A stretch of DNA of 58,159 bases from positions 1 to 58,159 of the forward strand of contig JAJFUR010000020.1 in the NCBI GenBank assembly GCA_021372335.1, read 5' to 3'. Shown here piece after piece: positions 18,805 to 27,077 of the stretch (position 1 is the first letter of the stretch; every line of letters begins with the position of its first letter). The notes beneath the pieces were generated by a model. The model ran no database searches and was not told where the DNA came from. It worked only from the letters and a program-made list of their open reading frames with translations. Source of the DNA: Methanobacteriota archaeon. Lineage in GTDB: Archaea > Thermoplasmatota > Thermoplasmata > Methanomassiliicoccales > UBA472. Position numbers and translations under genes: made by a program.

Positions 18805-19689
18805 ATGTACCGGTTCCAGATGGAGCAGCGGGTCCTGAGCGTCGGGGACGTGCGGGTCGGGGGGCAGCCCGGTAAGAAAAGGACGATGCTTGTTGGTTCC
18901 CTTTTCTATCCCCGGCATTCAGTCGTCCTCGACCCTCGTCGGGGGACGTTGGACCATGCTCGGTTAACGGACCGACTGGACCGCTACCTCGAGGCCGTGC
19001 GCGCCTGCGCCTGCCCCTCCGCCCTGATGCTGTACGCGGAGAGCGAGGAGGCCACCCGACCATACCTTGAAGCGGTCTGCGACCGCGTTACGGGGCCGCT
19101 TTTCGCTGATGCCGGGACCTTCCAGGTCCGATCGGCCTTCCTCAGGAACGCCGAGGAGATGGGGCTCCTGGACCGAGTGGTGTACAACACCATCAATGCC
19201 GGCCTGTCAGTTGAGGAGACGGAGGCGCTTCGGGCCTGCCCACCGGTCAACGCCGTCGTGCTCGCCTTCAATCCCAGGGGGGATGACGTGAAGGGGCGCA
19301 TATACATGCTGGAGAACGGGGACGACATCGCGCCGCAAGGGCTGATCGGCGCGGCGGAGGAGCTGGGCATCGAAAATATATTGATAGACACGGCGGCGAC
19401 CTCCCCCGAGCTGAGCGCTGGCTCCGCCCTCCGCGCCATCCTTGTTGCGAAGGCGAAGTGGGGTCTGCCGACCGGGTGCGCACTGCACAATGCCGTGGAA
19501 TGCCTGGACCTGCACGGGACGCCGGACCCGGAGGAGGCGCGCAGGAGCGTGGACAGCTCCGCCGTGGCGATCAGCATACTGGCCGGGGCGGACTACGTCG
19601 CCTATGGACCGTTCGAATACGCCAAGCGCACCATGCCGGTGGCGGCCTTCGCGGACAGGATGATGGAGCAGGCGGCGCGGGACCTCTAG
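18805..19689 (+). CDS. MtrH-like methyltransferase (MtxH-like)
   Basis: 294 aa from the ATG at 18805, 1 nt after the upstream stop. It has MtrH-family character throughout (VGGQPGKKRTMLVGSLFY...NTINA...ILIDTAA...). TAG stop. Confidence 0.75.
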   Translation: MYRFQMEQRVLSVGDVRVGGQPGKKRTMLVGSLFYPRHSVVLDPRRGTLDHARLTDRLDRYLEAVRACACPSALMLYAESEEATRPYLEAVCDRVTGPLFADAGTFQVRSAFLRNAEEMGLLDRVVYNTINAGLSVEETEALRACPPVNAVVLAFNPRGDDVKGRIYMLENGDDIAPQGLIGAAEELGIENILIDTAATSPELSAGSALRAILVAKAKWGLPTGCALHNAVECLDLHGTPDPEEARRSVDSSAVAISILAGADYVAYGPFEYAKRTMPVAAFADRMMEQAARDL

Positions 19690-20531
19690 AGCTCCATCTG
19701 GCATCCCGTGCCCAGGAGCTCGAATCCTGGGAAGCGGTCGGAGAAGGCTTTCGTGGCCGCGAATCCTGTACAATGCATCGGGGCCACCTTCTCGACGTTG
19801 AACCTCTTGACCCCGTCTATGGACCTCAGGAGCATGTCCGGGGCCGCCCGCCATAGATGGAACCCTCCGGCCACCATGGCGATCTTCCTATCGCTCCGTC
19901 GGCGGACCTGGGAGAGGATGTTCACTATCCCGGCGTGGCCGCAGCCTGTGAGCACCACGATCCCCTTCTTCGTCGATACGCAGAGCGCCTGCTCCTCCAT
20001 GATCAGGTCCGGGGTCCTGTGACCGTCCCGTTCAATGACGAAGGATGAGGGAACCTCGAAGCTGGTGCTCCGCTGCACCTCCCCGGTGGTGCTCACCCCG
20101 GGCACCAATTCCCTTGGCCTGTCGTCATAGGTCGGGGGGTTGTCCCTGAGAAGCGCCAGAAGCCCCTCCGAGGGGCCGATCTCCCTAAGCCTACCGGAGG
20201 TCTCGATGAACCTCCTCCCCAGGAATGTGGAGGGATGGGTGTAGCATGGGACCCCCTCCCTCAGGAGCGCGGGCAATCCTCCTAGATGATCGTAGTGGCC
20301 ATGGGAGATGAACACCATGTCCAGGTCCTTTGGCCGAAGGCCCAGGAGATCGAGGTTATGGAGGAACGCCCTCTCCGAGGAGCCGGTATCCATAAGCACC
20401 TTCTTCCCCCGGTCGGTCTCCACCAGGAGGGAGAGGCCGTGCTCGGAGAGGAACCCTCCGCTCGCCTTGGCGATGGAGCGGTCGGGGTCCTCCACGCCGC
20501 TGTTGTCGTCGACCACACAGGTGAGGCGCAC
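19686..20531 (-). CDS. MBL-fold metallo-hydrolase, MJ0301/COG1237-like
   Basis: 281 aa with a GTG start directly abutting the ramA stop. It contains LSEHGLSLLVE...VLMDTG and HGHYDHLGGL. Confidence 0.75.
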   Translation of the reverse strand: MRLTCVVDDNSGVEDPDRSIAKASGGFLSEHGLSLLVETDRGKKVLMDTGSSERAFLHNLDLLGLRPKDLDMVFISHGHYDHLGGLPALLREGVPCYTHPSTFLGRRFIETSGRLREIGPSEGLLALLRDNPPTYDDRPRELVPGVSTTGEVQRSTSFEVPSSFVIERDGHRTPDLIMEEQALCVSTKKGIVVLTGCGHAGIVNILSQVRRRSDRKIAMVAGGFHLWRAAPDMLLRSIDGVKRFNVEKVAPMHCTGFAATKAFSDRFPGFELLGTGCQMEL

Positions 20532-22190
20532 TTACGCGTCCGCTCCCTTCTCGACGATCTTCAATGCGGTGAAGTCGTAGACGCCCTCCGGGCACACAGC
20601 CTGGCATTTCTTGCACGCCGTTCCGAGGCAATGCTCGGTGTTGACCTTTATCTGGAACCTCTTGTCCTTCCTGTCCCCTAAGGGAGAGACCTGCAGCGCC
20701 CTCTCTGGACATTCCTTCTGGCATTTCTTGCACCCGATGCAGCCCTCGAAAGAGCCGATGAGGTACACCCCGACATCGTCCAGGGTCCGCAGCCCGCGGG
20801 CCCCGATCACTGGGATGTCCGAGAGCACCAACCGCACGGTCTCCTTGGGACGCTTGATCTCCGGCAGGGGGCGCAGGCCCGCATGCTTGATCATATCATT
20901 GTACATCTCCATGGACATGCCCTCCGTCCAATAGGCGATCTCGTTGACATAGATCTCCTCGAACACCTTGCTCGTGGCGAACATGATGTGCTTGCTTGAG
21001 ATCGCGTTCGCCACGTCCTGCAACTTGTCCAGGCCGCTATCGTCTACCAGTATGTCATAGGACATCATCAGGGAGGTGTTGCCAGCCTGAACGGTCTTGT
21101 CCAGCACTCGAGGGATGAGCCCCACGGTCTGCGCCTTGATCGGATCGACGTACGTCCCGGACGCCCCGGCCATGTACATGGTCTTGATGGCATCGTCCTC
21201 CACCCCCACCTCCTCGATCAGGGTGCGATGCCCGGCACGAATGGCCCCGATCGCCTTTCCCGCCTCCCGGACGTCCTCTTCGCCGAAGTGGATACCGTTG
21301 GTGAGATGGATCCTGTGGTCAGGGGTGGCGACATAGGGAAGCTTGATCACCCCGGTCTCCAGGCCCAATGCCATCGCGGCGACCGTCCCGGTCCCGGTGA
21401 TGCCCCGGGCGACCACCCCGTCCAAGCGCCGCTCCTCACCGGTGGTGGGATCCACGAGAGAGGACTTGACTGGGTGAAGGTTGTCGTTGAGCACGATATT
21501 GTACCATTTACCGTCGTCCGCCAAGGCCAGGTCGGAAATGGCCTGCGGAGCGGCCAGCATGCCGAAGTCTATGGACTGCCCCTCCATGGCCGGGCCCGCG
21601 GCGGCGGAGCCTGTGTAGAGTTCGCCCTTGTGGAACAGCCCCATCTCGGCGTTGGTCCCATAGTCCGTGACCATGCACGTCTCGTTCTTCTCCATGAGCC
21701 CGGTCTTCATGACCATTGCGAGCGCGTCGGCGCCTATCTCGTGCCGGATGGACGGGGGGATGCGCACCTCGGCGGTGCCCTTAACGGATCTCATCCCCAG
21801 CTCCTCGGCCTTGATGGTATGGGCCTTCCTCTCCGGCACCTTGACGTTGAGCCTCTTGAGGATCGACTGCCCCGCGAAGGCCAGGTCGCGGATCTCTATC
21901 TTCTCGAACATAGACATCTGGGCGGGGTTGCCGCAAACGGACACCCGGATGATCTCCTCGGGCTTGGCGCCCATGGTCCCAATGAGCTTGTCTACGGTCT
22001 CGATGATGATACGGTGCCCGACGTCCGCCCCGTTCTCCATCCAGAAGTGCAAATGGTCCATGATGTTGGCCCCGGGCAACGGATGCCTCATGGTGATGGC
22101 CGTTGCCAAGATCTTCCCTTTCTTGTCCAGGTCGACAAGGTGCCCCCGGTACCCGCTAGTGCCCAGATCCAGCGCGACTCCCAATGCCAT
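20532..22190 (-). CDS. ramA: corrinoid protein reductive activase (RamA family)
   Basis: The ORF runs to 22256. The ATG at 22190 (MALGVALDLGTSGYRGHLVDL...) aligns closely with RamA as I recall it. The C-terminus has two 4Fe-4S motifs (CIGCKKCQKECP, CKKCQAVCP). Confidence 0.85.
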   Translation of the reverse strand: MALGVALDLGTSGYRGHLVDLDKKGKILATAITMRHPLPGANIMDHLHFWMENGADVGHRIIIETVDKLIGTMGAKPEEIIRVSVCGNPAQMSMFEKIEIRDLAFAGQSILKRLNVKVPERKAHTIKAEELGMRSVKGTAEVRIPPSIRHEIGADALAMVMKTGLMEKNETCMVTDYGTNAEMGLFHKGELYTGSAAAGPAMEGQSIDFGMLAAPQAISDLALADDGKWYNIVLNDNLHPVKSSLVDPTTGEERRLDGVVARGITGTGTVAAMALGLETGVIKLPYVATPDHRIHLTNGIHFGEEDVREAGKAIGAIRAGHRTLIEEVGVEDDAIKTMYMAGASGTYVDPIKAQTVGLIPRVLDKTVQAGNTSLMMSYDILVDDSGLDKLQDVANAISSKHIMFATSKVFEEIYVNEIAYWTEGMSMEMYNDMIKHAGLRPLPEIKRPKETVRLVLSDIPVIGARGLRTLDDVGVYLIGSFEGCIGCKKCQKECPERALQVSPLGDRKDKRFQIKVNTEHCLGTACKKCQAVCPEGVYDFTALKIVEKGADA

Positions 22191-22395
22191 GGATAACCTC
22201 GGAGGGGGAATGCCGTGAACGGATTTATAATACTGTTTACTATGCTGTCCCCCCATGCCGATGCTATGCTGCGCATCGCACTTTTTATGGTAAGATCGCG
22301 CATGTTAGCCGCGTCCAGTCTCGATGCGGATAGGGTTGCCAACGCATCGGGGGCAATGGAATTATATCCGTGAGGCTTCTACCCTCCCTGATTCC

Positions 22396-23061
22396 ATGAG
22401 GATAGCTCAGGTGACCGGTTTCTTGGGGAGCGGAAAGACCACCTTCCTCATTGAGGTGGCGAAGGAGCTTAACGCGCGGGGGTTGAAGGTGGCCACCATC
22501 GTCAATGACGTGGGGCATATCAACGTCGACCGGAAGTGCATGGAGGTGCATGGGATCAATACGATGGAGATCTCCGGCGGCTGCATTTGCTGCGAGGTGC
22601 AGGGCACGCTGACCACGACGGTCACCAACATCTTCCTGAGCTATAGGCCGGACATCATCCTTGTCGAGCCGACGGGAGTGGCCATCCCGCTGGGGCTCAA
22701 GCAAGCTGCGGCGGAGACGGTGAAGAAGATGCCCAATGTCCTGGTGCAGGCGCCCATCGTGACCTTTGTGGACGCCATGCGCATCGACAAACTGATGAAC
22801 AACGTCCGACGGCTCGTCGAAACGCAGATAGTAGAGGCGGACGCCGTGCTCATCAACAAGGTCGACGCCGTAAGCGATGAGCGCCTTCGACAGGTAACGG
22901 AGATGGTCCGGGGGCTTAACCCGGAGGTTGGCATTCTCTATGGTTCCTCCCGCACCGGACAGGGAGTGAGGGAGGTGGCCGACATCATGATGAGCGGGGA
23001 AGCGGCAACGTATGACCTTACTGAGGCGGAGGACCGCTTCGACCGGAAGTACGGGGAGTGA
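22396..23061 (+). CDS. CobW/G3E-family GTPase metallochaperone, GTPase domain only
   Basis: ATG at 22396, 221 aa. It has the P-loop GFLGSGKTT, the metal motif GGCICC, and NKVD. Confidence 0.8.
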   Translation: MRIAQVTGFLGSGKTTFLIEVAKELNARGLKVATIVNDVGHINVDRKCMEVHGINTMEISGGCICCEVQGTLTTTVTNIFLSYRPDIILVEPTGVAIPLGLKQAAAETVKKMPNVLVQAPIVTFVDAMRIDKLMNNVRRLVETQIVEADAVLINKVDAVSDERLRQVTEMVRGLNPEVGILYGSSRTGQGVREVADIMMSGEAATYDLTEAEDRFDRKYGE

Positions 23062-23065
23062 GCCG

Positions 23066-23518
23066 GTGGACCAGAAGGAAAGGCAGCTGCTGACGCATAG
23101 GGCCTCCGACGAACTGGGCAAGTTCTCCATGTGGCTTCGGCTCTATATCAAGGACCCCTTGGACGGGAAGCGAGCGGAGGAGATGGTCGTGGACCTGCTG
23201 GACGGGATCACCCGGGAGTGCTTCGCTCGCGGGGCGGACATGATCGGGCACGTCAAATCGTTCCTCACCGCCGAGGACGGCTCCACGATCAGCGTCAGCC
23301 TGATCGACATGGACATCCCTCCGACGGTCCAGAACCGGTTCGACGGGACGGAGATGGTCCGGGGGGAGCTAATCGTGCACGTCATCGTTCATGGGATGTG
23401 GGACCCCCAGGTGAGGGAAGCCTCCTTGGACTTCACCAAAGGGTTCATGGCCGAGCGCTCCATTGAATACGAGGTCGTCAACGACTTCTACGAGAAGGAG
23501 AAGCGCATAAAGGACTGA
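23066..23518 (+). CDS. small protein, possibly a detached CobW C-terminal-like domain
   Basis: GTG at 23066 lies 4 nt after the cobW-like stop; an alternative ATG is at 23129. The segment IGHVKSFLTAEDGSTISVSLID resembles the CobW_C beta-core. The start is uncertain. Confidence 0.45.
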   Translation: MDQKERQLLTHRASDELGKFSMWLRLYIKDPLDGKRAEEMVVDLLDGITRECFARGADMIGHVKSFLTAEDGSTISVSLIDMDIPPTVQNRFDGTEMVRGELIVHVIVHGMWDPQVREASLDFTKGFMAERSIEYEVVNDFYEKEKRIKD

Positions 23519-23557
23519 GCGCGCAAAGGATTTCTAGGCCCAAGCAAATGAGGGGGC

Positions 23558-24607
23558 ATGACCCCCAGGGAGAGGTTCGATGCGGCCTTCGACAGGGCAC
23601 CGGCGGACAGACCACCGATCATGTATCAGCACCTGGGGGCGGCCAGGACCGTCCTGAGGGCGGCGGGGCTCACCATGCGCGAAGGGTACCATGATCCCGA
23701 GAAGTTCGCCCGCATCTGCACTATGGCCCAACGGATCACTGGGTTCGACAATGTCATGGCCGGATGGGGGGACATCCTGGTAGAGGCGCATGCTCATGGC
23801 ACGCTCTGGAGATGGCCGGAGAAGGACTACTACCCTCGCTCGGACGGGTACGCCATAGGGTCGTTGGCCCAGTTGGACCAGGTTCGATCGGTGGATCCAA
23901 TGGACGATCCATATTGGTCCGTGCCCCTTCGGGCCGCTGGTCTCATGCAGGAACGGATCGGGGAGGAAGTGGCGGTGCTGGGGTGCATCACCGGGCCGAT
24001 GATGATGGGCGGGGAGGTCATGGGCTATGAGGCCCTGCTCATGGCCACCTGGGCGGAGCCAGACCTTGTCGAGGAGCTGATGGGCCGCCTGCTCGGGTCC
24101 TCGGCCGCCTATGGGGAGCACTTGGCCAGGATGGGGGTCGGGTACGTCTTCATTGAGGATGGGACATGCAGCGCGGACGTCAATTCCATCGAGGGGTTGC
24201 AGCGGTTCGACCTTGGAATGCTGTCCAGGATGCTCTCGGCCTTCCGTTCCCAGGGCCTCAGGTCCATAGTGCATAACTGTGCCAACAATCCCTATCTTGA
24301 TGGCTATCCGGGCATGGAGATCGACGCCCTCCATTTCACCCCTAAGGCCGAGGAGCGAAAGGGCCTCTATGACAGGTTCCGCAAGGAAATGACGGTCATC
24401 GGCGGAATAGACCAGACGGTCCTGCTGTTCAAAGGCTCCCCCGAGGAAGTTGCCAGGGAGGTCCAGGGAATGTTGGCCGATTGGGGCGATGGCCCGGGGT
24501 ACATGGTGGCGCCAGGGTGCGAGATGCCCTTCAAGACCCCGATGGAGAACATCATCGCTCTGAGGGAGGCCGTGGCCGGGGTCCGCCCCCTGCCCCGGGA
24601 TGGTTGA
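23558..24607 (+). CDS. uroporphyrinogen decarboxylase-family (MtaA/CmuA-like) methyltransferase
   Basis: 349 aa. GAGGGGG lies upstream of the ATG. Candidate zinc ligands are H-x-C (VHNCAN) and a distal Cys (APGCEMP). Confidence 0.75.
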   Translation: MTPRERFDAAFDRAPADRPPIMYQHLGAARTVLRAAGLTMREGYHDPEKFARICTMAQRITGFDNVMAGWGDILVEAHAHGTLWRWPEKDYYPRSDGYAIGSLAQLDQVRSVDPMDDPYWSVPLRAAGLMQERIGEEVAVLGCITGPMMMGGEVMGYEALLMATWAEPDLVEELMGRLLGSSAAYGEHLARMGVGYVFIEDGTCSADVNSIEGLQRFDLGMLSRMLSAFRSQGLRSIVHNCANNPYLDGYPGMEIDALHFTPKAEERKGLYDRFRKEMTVIGGIDQTVLLFKGSPEEVAREVQGMLADWGDGPGYMVAPGCEMPFKTPMENIIALREAVAGVRPLPRDG

Positions 24608-24776
24608 ACGCGTGTTAATTAAAATTCGCGGTCGTTTCATTGGGCGAAGGAGATGCCAGCGTCTGTGGAATTAACTCGTGTTAATCGATGTCCTGGATGC
24701 TTGCACCCCCGATAGATTAATGTACGGTAAAAATGATACTTGGGACAGGTCAGATTCCTACTGGACTATAGGGGGA

Positions 24777-25799
24777 ATGAATTTGCCTGAAAAATTGACT
24801 CCAAGGGAAAGAGTATTGGACGCCCTTAAGGGCAAGAAGCATGACAGGCCGCCGGTCGCGGTTTTCACCCAGAGCGCAACCATGGGACAGATGGACGCCC
24901 TCGGCGTCTCCTGGCCGGATGCCCATTACAACGCGGACCTTATGGTCAAGCTGGGCGCTGGCCAGGCCAAGGTCTTCGGGTTCGAGGCCGTTCGGGCGCC
25001 GTTCTGCCTGACGGTTGAGGCCGAGACCCTGGGAATGACCGTTGACAAGGGCCGCAAGGACAGGACGCCTATGATAAAGGGGCACTCCTTCCAGATGGAG
25101 GACGAGCCTAACCTCATGGACGTCAAGACCTTCCTGAAGAGCGGCCGGGCTGCCATATGCCAGGAGGCCATAAGGAAGATGAAGGCGACCTATGGGGCCG
25201 AGTACCCGATCATCGCCGGCAACACCGGCCCGTTCACCCTGGCCGGGCACATGGTCGGTACCGAGAACCTCGTGCTGTACATCATGGTGGACCCAGACCT
25301 GGTGCACAAGTGGGTTAAGGCCGTCAACGTGATATGCACTGGATACAGCCAGGCTCTGGCCGATGCCGGAGGGGACGTGGTCCAGATGTCCGAGCCCTCC
25401 GCAAGCACCGATCTGCTTTCACCGGAGATGTTCGATGAGTACGCTGGCGCCTACGTGAAAGGGTCCCTGGCCCCCGTAAAAAGGGCGACAGGTGTACTAC
25501 ACATCTGCGGGAATACCACCCCCATCCTCAACAACATGATCAACACCGGCGTGAAGGCCCTCTCCATCGAGGAGAAGGTCGTTCCCGAGGAGGCGGTCAA
25601 GATCGTCAACCACCGGGCAGCCCTGATAGGGAACGTTGGCGTCGTCAACCCGCTGCTCCAAGGAACCCCGGCGGACGTCATGGCCCATGGCAAGCGCTGC
25701 GCTGCCGCCGGCTTCGACGTGGTGTCCCCGGGATGCGGGCTGTCCGCCCTCATCTCGAACGACAACCTGGCCGCGCTGGTCAAGGCCGTCAAGGGCTAA
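24777..25799 (+). CDS. methylcobamide:CoM methyltransferase (MtaA/MtbA-type MT2)
   Basis: The ORF starts at 24678. ATG 24777 (MNLPEKLTPRERVLDAL...) is preferred, giving 340 aa. It has LHICGNTTPIL (HxC) and SPGCGLS. Confidence 0.8.
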   Translation: MNLPEKLTPRERVLDALKGKKHDRPPVAVFTQSATMGQMDALGVSWPDAHYNADLMVKLGAGQAKVFGFEAVRAPFCLTVEAETLGMTVDKGRKDRTPMIKGHSFQMEDEPNLMDVKTFLKSGRAAICQEAIRKMKATYGAEYPIIAGNTGPFTLAGHMVGTENLVLYIMVDPDLVHKWVKAVNVICTGYSQALADAGGDVVQMSEPSASTDLLSPEMFDEYAGAYVKGSLAPVKRATGVLHICGNTTPILNNMINTGVKALSIEEKVVPEEAVKIVNHRAALIGNVGVVNPLLQGTPADVMAHGKRCAAAGFDVVSPGCGLSALISNDNLAALVKAVKG

Positions 25800-26911
25800 G
25801 CGCCCTCAAAACCTCTTTTCTTTCCATTTCTTTCTCTCACCCGTCCATCCTCGTCATAGTATCTCTTCTTGAACCACAGCGCCAGGTTCACCAGGCTTAT
25901 GAGGGCGGGGACCTCGACCAACGGCCCGACCACGGCCGCTAACGCCACGTCCGAGCCGATCCCGAAGACGCCGATAGCCACCGCGATGGCGAGCTCGAAG
26001 TTGTTGGACGACGCGGTGAAGGACTGCGCGGCGGCATGCGGGTAGTCGAACCTCAAGCGGATGGAGATGGTGAACGAGAGGAGGAACATTATTATGAAGT
26101 ACACCAGAAGGGGGAGGGCGATGCGCAGCACGTCCAGCGGGAGCTGGACGATGTACTCGCCTTTCAAAGAGAACATCACAACGATGGTGAAGAGGAGCGC
26201 CAGCAGGGACACCGTCCCCATGACCGGCATGAACCGTCTATCGTACCACTCCGCCCCTTTATAGGGACGGAGGAGGCGACGGGTCAGCATCCCTCCGAAG
26301 AACGGGATCCCCAGGTAGATCAGCACCGTCTCGGCCACCTCCATAACGGTGATGTCGACCTCCACTCCAGAACCTGGGACCAGGAAGTCTGAGAGCACGA
26401 AGACGAGGAAATAGGCGTAGAGGGCATAGAGCGCGATCTGGAACAGGGAGTTCAGGGCCACGAGGACGGCCGCGTACTCAGTGTCCCCCTCGGCAAGCTG
26501 GTTCCACACGAGCACCATTGCGATGCAACGGGCGATGCCGGTGAGGATGAGCCCGATCCGGTACCCGGGATGGTCCGGAAGGAATATCCAAGCTAGGGCG
26601 AACATCAGCAGCGGGCCGACGATATAGTTCAGGGACAGGGAGACGGAGAACATCCGGCGGCTCCCGGGCATCCTGAGCAGTTCGGGAAGGTCCTCGTACC
26701 GGACCTTGGCCAGGGGAGGGAACATCATCAGGATCAGCCCGACCGCGATGGGAATGGAGGTCGTTCCAATGCTCAACGAGCTGAGGGCATCGGCCATACC
26801 AGGAACGACGGTGCCTAGGAGCACTCCGATGAACATTGCCAAAAATATCCACAAGGTCAGATAGCGATTAAGGAAAGGAAGGCCTGTCGTAGTTCCGCTC
26901 AGGGCGGTCAC
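25796..26911 (-). CDS. acr3: ACR3-family arsenite efflux transporter
   Basis: 371 aa. It has FLNRYLTLWIFLAM and MMFPPLAKVRYE and is polytopic. GTG start, TAG stop. Confidence 0.85.
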   Translation of the reverse strand: MTALSGTTTGLPFLNRYLTLWIFLAMFIGVLLGTVVPGMADALSSLSIGTTSIPIAVGLILMMFPPLAKVRYEDLPELLRMPGSRRMFSVSLSLNYIVGPLLMFALAWIFLPDHPGYRIGLILTGIARCIAMVLVWNQLAEGDTEYAAVLVALNSLFQIALYALYAYFLVFVLSDFLVPGSGVEVDITVMEVAETVLIYLGIPFFGGMLTRRLLRPYKGAEWYDRRFMPVMGTVSLLALLFTIVVMFSLKGEYIVQLPLDVLRIALPLLVYFIIMFLLSFTISIRLRFDYPHAAAQSFTASSNNFELAIAVAIGVFGIGSDVALAAVVGPLVEVPALISLVNLALWFKKRYYDEDGRVRERNGKKRGFEGA

Positions 26912-27077
26912 CCTCTATCAATAGAGTAGTTCAAAATATATTGAAATATTTTGCTAAGCCCCCCTATGGCAACCGTCGAGCAACTTTCGTCCCGTGCCCA
27001 TCGGCCGCCGCTCGCCTGCCGACCGGGATGAGCGATGGATGCCTTGGAAGGAGGGGACCGTCGCATCCTGGGTTGCG

